This document shows, piece by piece, positions 50,960 to 63,200 of a stretch of 64,000 nucleotides of DNA. The first letter of the stretch is position 1, and every line of letters begins with the position of its first letter. Source of the DNA: Asterias rubens (lineage: Eukaryota); NCBI RefSeq assembly GCF_902459465.1, contig NC_047062.1, positions 14,880,001-14,944,000 of the forward strand. The letters are read 5' to 3'. Below the pieces are notes generated by a model. The model was not told the DNA's origin. It saw nothing but the letters and a program-made list of their open reading frames with translations, and searched no databases. A program made the position numbers and the translations under genes.

Positions 50960-53900
50960 TTAACCAAATCAAACATTTTCTGCAAACCATGAAATAAATA
51001 AAATACCTCCCATGATTGCTTGCTTTGTTTCCAAAAAATTCAACATTATGTTTGAATATTTGTGTAACCTTCTTACAAACAGTAGCTATATGTTTTTGCT
51101 TTGCATTTATTGCTTTCCATAGTTTTCCAACGTTGGTTGGCAAAACTTAGGCTGTGATGTTGCCACAGCATGTCTATACAATTACCTTAGGAAGTCTCTG
51201 GTTGACTGGTACAAGTTGTGGCATTGTTTAGTTAAAGACAGGTTTGAGCGTATTGTGCACCAGTCTTTTTTGAAGTGTATAATTAATATTTAATTAATGA
51301 CGGAAAAAGTATTGTTTATATTATTTGAAGACACATTCGTTGTTTTATTGTCAACTTTATGTTTGAGAGGTACTTCACGAAGACGACAAGTTGGTGTGAA
51401 TTCGGAAGTAATTGAATTGAAAGAAAGGTACATTTTTAGGCAGTTTAGTTGATTACATGACAACTAAAAATGTGAAACTAATTGCAGTCATACTGTGAGG
51501 AATGATTTGTGCACTCAGTGCCAGTGTGTGTTAGCCTTGTGTTGGCCTTATAATAGTTCCATGACTCTCCAACCGTGTAGTCATAAACACATTTACGTCA
51601 GGCAATTAAAAAGTGTTTGCATGAACACATTTTGTCACAAAAACCTTGTGACTTCATGTTTTTTGTGATTATTATGCAATTGGTGCATTTGGGAACAAAC
51701 AATCTTTGGTGTGTACATTAAATAAGGGATGTTGCAATATATATCATGTACGATGTGCATAGTTTTGTACGATGTGCATAGTTTTGCACTGTAACAAAGA
51801 ATGAACCATAACAAATTTTAGTGATAATTTTCACCTTTTTCCGCTTGTAATTTCCTTTTTGTTAATTTACTGTTTTAGATGTCATTAGATTTTATGTGTT
51901 TCTTAATTTTCCAATTGAGTAATTAAATTAAGAAGCTGATTGAGATTGTATACCATTCTGTTGATTTTTACTTGATCTGGTTACTTTTCTTTCAAAGTTC
52001 TAGACTTGATTGACAAGACTGGTTTTTTCGTTTGTCATGGGCAACGTGGACTGGCCTGGACAGACTGAGCAAGTTTATGAATCTGGTGGTATTATTGTTT
52101 GTTTGATACTTATCTGTAAGTCTTCTCTAGTAAATTCTATTATGACTATCTGCGACTACGTAAACGAAACAAACGTCTCCAATCAAGACCAACAAAATGC
52201 CTACCAAGAAATACAGTAGTATTTCATTTGTATAGGCAGGACAAATCCTGGAGTCACTTCAGGGAGGTAAAAGAGACATTTGCCTCCTTACCCCTGGCTG
52301 GTCATTGCCCCAAAATGTTCCAGTACAAATTATTCCCCAAGGGACCTTACAAGAATGTTGTAATCATTACAAACTAAGTTGGACTTAAGATTATCAGTTG
52401 TCTTTGGTAATTGCTCAGGATAATTTTCAGAATAACTTATTTGGTAACGAGCAACGGAGAGCTGTTGATAAAAACTGTATAAAACATTGTGAGAAATGGC
52501 TCCCTCTGAAGTATTTTAGGTTTTAAGAAAGAGGTAGTTTCTCACTCAAAGGACTTCAGGTCTGAAGCCTTTTATGAAGCATCTGAAAGCACACAAGTTT
52601 GTGCAACAAGGGTGTTTTTCTTTCATTGTTTTCTTGCAACTTTGATGATCAGTCGAGCTCAAATTTCACAGATTTGTTATTTTATCCACATGCTGAGATA
52701 CACCAAGTGAGAGTAGTCTTTGACAATTACCGAAGGTGTCCAGTGCCTGTCTGTGAAGAAAATTTAGTAAAATTTACCAATTTTAGTTGGTTTCAAGAGC
52801 TGATGTTTGAAACAGATAAAACTGACCTCTGATCTCAATTACTTTATGATTGAAATTACTGCGCTTTGGTTTGCACACAGAAAGGAGTTACTTTTCAAAA
52901 AGGTATTTGATGTCCGAAAGCATCTAGAAGTTCTGAGCAAAATGAACATTGAGCACAAAACATAAAATCTGGTAGAGTGGTTCCGAATGGTGTAGTTTAT
53001 TATTTCTTGAAGTATTTAGGGCTGATATTGATTGCATTTTTTTTTTATGGCAACTTTGTGGAGCCCTAAATACATGCAATCTCATTTATACCATGGCCAG
53101 TGAATTATAGTAATTGATTTCTCAGGAAGGAATGGTTTGATTAATTTACTAATTATTTCATCAATAATGCTGAAAGCTATAATGGTGCAAAGTTCCAATC
53201 TGTCCTTGATGAACTTTTAATAATTATCAGCATAAATTGGTTGCAAGTTGAGAAACGGCTCCATCCGAAGTGACGTGATTTTCGAGAAAGAAGTAAAGTA
53301 ATTTTCCACGAATTTTATTTCGAGGCCTCAAGTTTAGAATTTGAGGTCTCGAAATCAAGCATTTTAAAGCACACAACTTCGTGTGACAAGGGTATTTTTT
53401 TCCGTTTTTAGTTATTTCGCAACTCCGATGACGGATCGAGCTCAAATTTTCACAGGTCTGGTTGAGATACACCAAACATGAGAAGATTGGTCTTTGACAA
53501 TTACCAATAGTGCCTTTAGGGAATGTCATGTGGGGTTAAAAAAATTGTAGAAAAACAAAATCAAGCGTGCACACTTTCAAAAATAAGGCCGAGAATACAC
53601 TATGACTTAGGATGTTGCTTTTTATCCTCACACTGCATTGAACAGTGTTCATGAAAAAAAGTACAGGTACATTTGGTTTGGATGTTTTTTGTATGATTTC
53701 ATAAATAATCCCAAAGGGCTTGAAAATTCAGGTACGTGGCTAAGATATTGTCGTTATATGATTTTATTGTGATTGGAGGGGCCTGGGTTGCAGTTGTCTG
53801 TATCTCAAACTCTACTTTTAGTGAACAGGTTAAAGGATTCGTGTACTTTTTTCAAAACGCCCACAGATTTCCATTGAACTTACAGGGTTTAAAGACAACT

Positions 53901-53962
53901 AAGGTTGTGTAGTTTTTGAGAAATGAGTAAAACATTTGTCACAAAATAGTTTTGGTCTTCCT

Positions 53963-55433
53963 AGGGATGTACCAGAACCTAAACGAAAGGACGTACGGAA
54001 ACCTAAATAGGACGTATGGTAAATGCTCGGGCGTGTAACCAGAATTTTGATTGGTCACTCGATACTCTTGCACCAGCAGCACTGCCTGTCCCCTCATTAC
54101 TGGAACGTATGCAAATCTTTATTGTCCGAGAGGCGGTCTGAAGGGCGCACCACGACCAGGCCCAGATTAACCTGTATCCCTATTGTCCAATTGTGGCGCA
54201 CTAAGGATGGGCATACCTCCCACAGAAGAGATAGTCGTGTGCAGTGGGACAGCTTAGAGCCGACGCACAGTGGGCCAGAATGGGATGTAAGTGCGCCAAA
54301 AATATAAATCATTAAGTTTTGTGCATGAAGGTTCACCTACTTAGCTTTTCCGACCCGTAGAATCCAATGGTGATAATTAGATCGGAGTATGACGTCAGCA
54401 AAATACCGATTTTTGATTGGTCCTGATGTAATGGACTGTTTATCGCGGTTAAATTGTGACTAATTGCTTGCATCTGTGAATAATTCTAAGCAACCACGAC
54501 AAGAGTTTTCAATGTTTGATGCATCATCAACAGAACTAACAACTTCAAATAATCGCTTTCTTGATGAGGACGCCATCGTGCACTGTGGTACAGCTGACAG
54601 ATACATTTAAAGACAACTAGCGGCAGTATCCCTCATCACAACATACGAGACACCAAGTACATTAAAATTTCAACTGCGCAATCAGACATAAATAGGGGTA
54701 TCATATTGCACCTTTCCGGCGAGCGCAGCCTTGCTTGGGTGTCGTGTTTCTCAGTGGAGCGCGCCATATGTAATAATCAGAAAAGGGGCGAAAACGTACA
54801 GTGATCGCTTCAGAAAAACTGCTCTAAAACCGTGTATCGCAGGTTGTCGCAGCTAAATTTGGTACCAAAATGATGCAAACAAGTTGCTCTATTAGAAATG
54901 AGTAGACTTTAGGCAGCAATCGACGGCAATCTTTAGTTTCCGTATTGCTGAACACAGAAAACGTAAATTTAATGTCAATGTTGACACAATTGTCAGTATT
55001 TATTCATAGAAAACTTCAACAAAAATAAAAACTGATTTAATTTCCTTCAAATATGAACTAGAGCCAAGTGAAAGTTTAGCTCCGTAACTCAATGCAAGGT
55101 GTCTAATTTTGCTTTATGAAGATTTCTGCAACTATTTTCATTTTATGGCCAATTTCTGTGGATTTGCATACCTTTAAGAGGTCATGACAAGTCAATATAT
55201 ATATTTTTTGCTTAATTTCCCCATAAAATTGTCCCATGGGGTATAAGCAACCTCAAAAGTGTTGAAAAAATTAAAACTAGCAGGGTCACGTTTCACCCTT
55301 TTTGGCGCACTTTGGTTTCGGCCTGGCCCACTGTGCGACGTTGGTTGGGTTCAACCCGCCAAATTGAATTGAGTGAAGTGTAGAAATTTTAAGGTTTCCG
55401 TACGTCCTTTCGTTTAGGTTCTGGTACATCCCT
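53963..55433. mobile_element. Non-autonomous TIR element with 42-bp TIRs and a 3-bp TSD (CCT)
   Basis: AGGGATGTACCAGAACCTAAACGAAAGGACGTACGGAAACCT at the left end and its exact reverse complement at the right end; CCT at 53960-53962 and 55434-55436. Superfamily uncertain (a 3-bp TSD suggests Harbinger-like). Confidence 0.8.
54266..55335. mobile_element. Transib/RAG-transposon-like non-autonomous element with RSS-like bipartite TIRs
   Basis: Both termini read CACAGTGGGCCAG-N10-AAGTGCGCCAAAAA; perfect 5-bp TSD CGACG (54261-54265 and 55336-55340); no long ORF inside. Confidence 0.85.
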
Positions 55434-57259
55434 CCTGAGACCAAAATTATTTTAGCATGTAAAATCCCCTTAGCATGTTATGAAATTATACCAAAACCAT
55501 AGCAATAACTGGTTAATACATTTTTACATGTTAAAACTGAGACGAAAATTATCACTTTTACTCATTTCTTAAAAAATACAGCACCTAAGTAAATTTCAAG
55601 GGAAGCTTTCTACTATCACAATCTTCAAACTGTGTAAGTTTTATGTACATCTGATTCTGTAGACATTGTGTTTTATGTTAGGAAAAAGTACATATACCCT
55701 TTAATGCCTTGTTATTACTTGCTTGTCATTGCAAACTTGCAGTAAAAATCTACCATCATTTTTCATGTTAACCATCCTCTAGGACTCGCACTCGAGTTTG
55801 CTATTTAGAGTGTATTCACCATGTCTTCTTTATGAAGACGAGCTGTACTGGCAGATTTCATAAAGATTTCGAGCTGACTAAACCACTTGAGAGAAGCGAA
55901 AAGTTACCACCATAATGAAGGCCTATGGACTATTTCTTTTGTAACGTCACACAGCCCGAGTTTTTGCCAACCCTGGTTGGGTAACTATGAACAGCCATGG
56001 ATGCAAATCAAAAACAGATATCTACTGTTTGTAAGAAGGTTACACTTTTGGGGAAACCAAGCAAACAATCATGGGAGGTATTTTATTTACTTGAAAAATT
56101 GCAGAAAAAGTTTAGTTTGGTTATCTGAAGAACCTGGGAAATTATCTACACACTTTCGTCCTGGGGAAAAATAGGCGACTTTTACAGGACGAATGTGGGT
56201 ATCTGCCCACGTTCGTCTTGGGAATAAAATACGCCACCCGGATGAGCACACCGGGGTCGACCCGGGGAAGCTAATTGAACGCACCCAGTGCAGTGTGCAT
56301 TGTATACTTTGCATTATGGGTAAAATGTTTCCACGAGGAGCAGTTTACCCAATTGCGTGCAACATTGTACCACAAAGAGAGCATGTCCGGCTTTTTTTCA
56401 GTCACTCGCAAGGTAAAACTTGACCCTTTGGCGAGGAAAATGTGTTGTACACTTAAGTTGCTTTCACTGGCAGATATTTTAAAGCAACTTTTAAGTACCT
56501 TTTTTTTAAAAGGTACAAATTATTTTCTCGGTAGGCCTATACATAGCCAACTCGCCACGTAGCCCAACATATTAAGAAGGTAGGCTACTCAACGTTCGTA
56601 CCCAACAAATTTAATCAGCAAGTTTTTACACGTCTTGTTTTTGTAGAAGTTGAACGTGACCCCTTTTCTTCCTCAATATCCCTTTAATGCTCTCACACGC
56701 TATGGAGTTGCCATTCAGTCTTTTTAGAAAATTTCATCCAAGCTTTTTATTGAAGGACATAACAATATTGAGGTCTATGGAGGAGTGGGGCCAAATTAAT
56801 CGAGCTGCATGATGCAATTACTGACATGAACGAATTCTGCTGAGCTGAATAAATTAAGGTTACCAGCGAAAAGGGCGCATAAGCATTTGTGACATGGTTC
56901 CCTACAGAGTTTCTTAGAGTTTTGATAAAAACCTGGCTCGCGGTAAAATTAAATTGGGCATGCAGCAAGGGTTTTTTCTGTTGCTGTGGCAACGGTTGCT
57001 CATGCAACTGTTTGATCCGCGTCGTTTGCTTGCCTAATTGCCGAAACATAACAGTCAATGGGTCTAACGAGCAAACTGGTAGGCAACCAGTAAACATGTT
57101 TTCAATGGAAACCTTTGGATAATCAACAGTTAAAAAGACATGTTGAATTAGTGACTATTGTTTCTAGAGTCACTGATTGCTCTTTAGAAAAACAGCACCG
57201 GGATCTTCAACTATCGTTGTCAATGGTTGGGCGTTAGCACAGTTGTATTCACAGCAACC

Positions 57260-60200
57260 ATGACGTTCTTCGTGTTACTTCTTACGTGTGTAATTGTTGC
57301 TTCAATTGCTGTAGAAGGTGAGATATGTTCTTATGCGTCTTTAAACTGATTTGGTGATCCATTTGAACGGTTTAGCAAACCATTCGCAATGTTTGATTCA
57401 ATTCAAAATACTCATTCAAAATTCCAAGCTATGTTAATAAATTCAGTTGAGGGTCTATGTAGGCCTAACTTTTGTAGGACAAAAACACAATTTCCACAGT
57501 TACTCTAAACTTACACAGTTTGAAGATATTGATAGTAGAAAGCTTCCCTGAAAATACTACGTGCCGAGGTGCTGTAGTTTTTGGGAAATGAGTAAAACAA
57601 TGTCATGCAAATAATTTTCGTCTCATGAGACGTACATTATTTTAGTCATTTACAAACGTATTTTCATGACATTGTTTTACTCATTTCTCAAAAACTACAG
57701 CACCTCAGTAAGTAAGATTTGAATGGAAGCTTTCAACTATCATTATCTTCAAACCCTGTAAGTTTAATCTAAGTCTGTGGACATTTTGAAAAAGTACCCA
57801 AAATCGTAAAACAGCAATCATTTTGCATGGTTTGGTAATCCCTTTATGCTTTAGTAATTTGAAATTGTTGGCATGAAATAGTAATCCGTTTGCATTATTG
57901 TGTAATCTTTTTGCGTGGTTTATTAGACTGTTTCTCATGAACAGGTGCTTATAAACTGCTTGTGGGTTAAAGACACTGGACACTATTGGTAATTGTCAAA
58001 GACCAGTCTTCTCACTTGGTGTATCTCACAATATGCATAAAATAACAAACCTGTGAGAATTTGAGCTTGATGTGTCGTCGGAGTTGCGAGGTAACCATGA
58101 AAGAAAAAAACACCCTTGTCACACGAAGTTGTGTGCTTTCAGATGCTTGATTTCGAGACCTCAAATTCTAAACTTGAGGTCTCGAAATCAAATTCGTGGA
58201 AAATTACTTCTTTCTCAAAAACTACGTCACTTCAGAGGGAGCCGTTCCTCACAATGTTTTATATTATCAACCTCTCCCCATTACTCGTAACCAAGTGAGG
58301 TTTTATGCTAATAATTATTTTGAGTAATTACCAATAGTGTCCACTGCCTTTAAGTATCCAACAAATTATATTCTAATGCCCGCATATATTTGTTCACTGC
58401 CGCTTGAAACGCAGATTACGTAAATAATAATGTTCAAACTGATCAACCGCGAGAATGGATTATTTCAATCAATAATGCAATGTAGTTGATTTGTTATAAT
58501 AGCCGCTGAAGCGACACTTGATTAATATAAATACTTTTAAACCATTTGAGTTTTTAATTCCATACCCTTGAATGTGTCCAAGATCGCAAAATAATTTATT
58601 GTGCACCCAAATAACCCATGCACTCAAAAACATAATTATAAGCGCTCAATTATAGCCGGTGTCGCATGCAATTATGTCCTCTATGCAATACTATCCGGAG
58701 GAGGACATTATTGCATATGCAATAACGTCCGCCGGACGGTTTTACATATGCAATCGTGTCCGCCCGGACGCTGCTGCATAGTGTAATTGTGTCCACCCGG
58801 ACACATTTGCATATGCAGTTGTATCCGCGTGCAAAACCGTCCTTGCAGTAAACTAAACGCCCTTGGTCGACGGAACACGTTCGCCATTTTTTTGCAAGCT
58901 AAGTGCATGTCATGAATAACATGGGAAATGTCGGCCGTTGGGTATTCGCTGCAATCATAAAATACGTGAATTATTCATAATGCATAATACGTAGGTTCAG
59001 CGCATGAACGCTCGCTTACGCGCGCACATACTGTACATATACAGTCATGTACATGTCCGCCGGTGTGTCCGCTCCGGACACTTTTGCATATGCAATCGTG
59101 TCCGGGGCTATGCAAAATCCGTCCGGTGGACATGTACATGACTGTATATGTACATGTATGTGCGTGTGTAAGCACGCGTGCATACACTCAACTTACTTAA
59201 ATGCAGCATGAACATTCACGTATTTTATGATTGCAGCGGATACCCAACGGCCGAACATTTCCTATGTCATTCATGACATGCACTTTGCTTGTACAAAAAT
59301 GAACGTGTTCCGTCGACCAAGGGCGTTTACTGCAAGGACGGTTTTGCACTTGGATACAACTGCATATGCAAATGTGTCCGGGCAGACACAATTGCATTAT
59401 GCTGCAGCGTCCGCGCGGACACATCTGCATATGCAAAACCGTCTGGCGGACATTATTGGCGGACATGGTTGCATATGCAATAATGTCCTCCGGATAGTAT
59501 TGCATAGCGGACATATTTGCATGCGACACCGGATGGTTTTTGCATAGCCCCGGACACGATTGCATATGCAAAAGTGTCCGGAGCGGACAGTATTGCATGG
59601 CGAACACAATTGCATCTGACATCGGAAATAATTTCGAGTACACGAAGTTATTTCGAGTACACATAGTCCAATATTTTTAAACCACGACATTTGAATCTGA
59701 GCTTGAAAGTGGTTCATATCTTAGAGATGAGTTAGAAAGACGAATTTTAGTTGCACAAACAATTTACATGCGCTGTTTTCTCCCATTTTGCCGAAATGGA
59801 AGTTACGAATTAGTAGTGTGAATACCGAATGAGCTCAGCAACTAGTAGTTTCTCCATTGTTCTTCTGTAGGCATAAGTGACAATAAAATAATGATCAAAA
59901 TATGCCTCAGAAAATGCAGGCATTTGAAACAGGATTTTGATCGTTTTTCATGTATGCAGTTCTGTGTGCACCAACACAAAGTGACTCACATGTACATAGT
60001 TTTCCTCAGGTGCCGTGAACATGACGTCACGGGTTACTCCCTACCAAGTGCGATTTGGAAAGGACGGTCGGCCGCTCATGGAGGATTTCGAAAAAAGGAC
60101 GCCTTGCGGACAAGGTAAGCATAAACCTTCATTGGTAACGAGCAATGGGGAGAGGCTGATAGTATAAAACATTGTGAGAAACGGCTTCCTCTGAAATAAT

Positions 60201-63200
60201 GTAGTTTTCGAGAAAGAAGTAATTTTCCACGAATTTGATTTCAATACCTCAGATTTAGAATTTGAGGTCTCGAAATCAAGCATCGGAAAGCACATAACTT
60301 CGTGTGACAAGGGTGTTTTTTTCTTTCATTATTATCTTGCAACTTCGATGACCGACTGAGCTCAAATTTTCACAGGTTTGCTATTTTATGTATATTTTGA
60401 GATAGGCCTACACCAAGTGAGAAGACTATCTCAATTACCAATAGCGTCCAGTGTCTTTAATCCAGGTTTAGTACATGCAATTAAGCTCGAGTAATTGCCT
60501 GTCTCTGTAATTTATTACTATTTGTAACGTTAAAAAGACATTTTAATTCAGTCTTAATGGAACACGTTGCCTTGGATCGGTCGAGTTGGTCTTTGAAAAG
60601 CGTTTGAAACCGTTTAAAAGATGTTTTAACCCTCTAGTCACTGCACCGCCCGAGTTTCTGAAAACCAATTTTTCAAGATTCTTGCAGTAAACAACTGGAA
60701 TCATAGTTCAATTTTTAAAAGATAGCTTAATATTTATGCACAATTTTTTACCCTTTCTGTAATGTTTGTATAAAAGTACAAGCTCCCATTGGGAACAATA
60801 ATCGGCTCTCGAATATTTTTTTGTAAAGATAAAATGGACACAATAGCTTGTACTTTTATACAAACATTACCGAAAGGGTAAAAATTTGTGCATAAATATT
60901 AAGCTATCTTTTAAAAATTGAACTACGATTCCATTTGTTTACTGCAAGAATCTTGAAAAATTGGTTTTCAGAAACTCGGGCGGTGCAGGGACTAGAGGGT
61001 TAAAAGTAGAATATAATGACCCACACAAGTATCAATCGAAATTGCGTGGCATTCCTTTTACCTCGTCGACAAACACGGTCGGCATTTATGGGAGTCAACA
61101 ATTTGACTCCCAAAAATGGTCGACAGTGTTAGTTCGCAATTTCGAGGCAAATGTGTGTGGATCATTGTATTCTACTTTTAGAACATCTTTCTAACCATAT
61201 GCATTTTATAATAAACGGTTACAAACGCTTTTCGAAGACCAACTCGACCGATGCAATGCAACGTGTTCCTTTAAGGTATTGTAAACAAATTACTGAAGCT
61301 CATGAAGCAAAACTATAAATAATTTTAGTTCTCGAGAAATGTTGACATTGTTTTGATTATTTACTGACAGCACCTACTGCGGCGTTTAATGAAGCTCCTC
61401 GATCGCCATGTGACACCTACCATACGAGTGACAGTGACGTCAGGTTATACCTGTTGAATCATACAACTATCTCATTCCCCGTGAGACTGGATTTCACTCT
61501 CAAGAATCAAGAGGCTAACTTGACTGAGGTGCGCTTCATGGGAAGAGTGAACGGTGATGTGGTCTACACTGTTAGTGAGTATAACGCTCTTTACACATTA
61601 TTTTGGAAGATAGGCCTACAACACATTTTTTTTAATGGGAAAGTCAAAGTTGAAGTTTGAAATTCGAAATTCGAGGGTCGCGATTCCGATTAAAAGCGTT
61701 TGCAATAAACAAACATTTACAGTGTTGAAGGTTAACTTGAAAGCAATTAGTGCGAATCGAAAACTAAAATCTCCACGAACATCTATTTAATGTCCACAGA
61801 TATACATTAAACATACACAGTTTGAAGATTATGATAGTAGAAAGCTTCCCTTGAAATGTTACTTACTGAGGTACTGTAGTTTTTGAGAAATGTGTAAAAG
61901 TAATAATTTTCGTCTCAGTTTTGGTTTTAGCATGTAAAAACGTATTAACCGGTTATGCTATGGTTTTGGTATAATATCATAACTGGTTAAGGGGATTTTA
62001 CATGCTAAAATAATTTTGGTCTCATACGACCAAAATTATGTTGTGACTTGTTTTACTCTTTTGGGCCAGTGATCTTCCTAATTATGATAAATGATGCTGC
62101 CATGACAACCGGAAAAAGATGGAAATATGTCGACGACCTAACAATTGCTGAAATCACCCACAAGTCACGTACAAAACAGTGATTTACAAACCCATGTGGA
62201 TGCTGTGTCAGAGTGGAGCCATACTAACTCTATGAAACCCAAGGCTGAAAAATGTAAAGTCATTCAAGTTAGCTTCTTACACAGTGACATCCCTACTCCT
62301 GTGATCGCAATGGATAATCAAGTTTTAGAATCTGTGTCTTCACTGCGGCTGCTTGGTGTGATAGTCCAATCTGATCTTAAGTGGGATCTTCAAGTGCAAC
62401 AAATGATCTCGCGTGCATCTCGCCGATTGTACATCTTAAGCAAATTGAAGCGGAATGGTGTCCCTCTTAATGATCTTATCTAAATATATACTGCGTACAT
62501 CCGTCCTCTACTTGAGTTTGGCGCTCCTGTGTGGAGCAGTAATCTAACAAGTCACCAGTCTGTTTAGTATTGAAAGGGTACAACGAAGAGCTCTTCGAAT
62601 CATCATGTTTCCTGACCGGCATCATTATGAGGATCTCCTGATAGATATTGGTATTCCCTCCCTTGCATCAAGAAGAACTGAAATACTTACAAACTTTGCC
62701 AAATCTATCACAATCTCAACACGACACCGAGATTTGTTCCCCCCTGAACGCCAAACACTCTCCCGCACTTGACTGAGAAACTCACACAACATTCACTTGC
62801 CCCTAATGAGAACTCAGAGATATAAAATGTCTAGTGTTCCAGCATTAGTGAGACTGTATAATAATCGTTGATTTCATCAACAAGTATCTCTAACAGTTGG
62901 GTTCAGTTTTATCAATTTTTTTTTCAAATTTGATCAATTTCTTTTTTAAATTTGGTCAGAGTTTGTTGTCTTTTGTAATTTTTAATAATAAAAATGAATT
63001 TTCAGTTTTATCAATTTTTTTTCAAATTTTTATCTTTTTATGTGCATTCATGCCTGGAGCTTTTCTTCTCTTCTTTTAAGTCAGAGTTTGTTGTTTTTTG
63101 TAATTGTTAACAATAATGAATGTAAACACGCCAGTTTAAGTCTTTTTAACTTCTGTCGTGTATTTTGTGATATTTTTTAGAAACCTTAATGAATTGAATT

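Larger units (their letters stand above)
53834..55700. mobile_element. Kolobok-type MITE family B hosting a double nested insertion
   Basis: TTAA|AGGATTCGTGTACTTTT...AAAAGTACATATACCCT|TTAA; the body is interrupted between 53962 and 55434. Confidence 0.75.
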
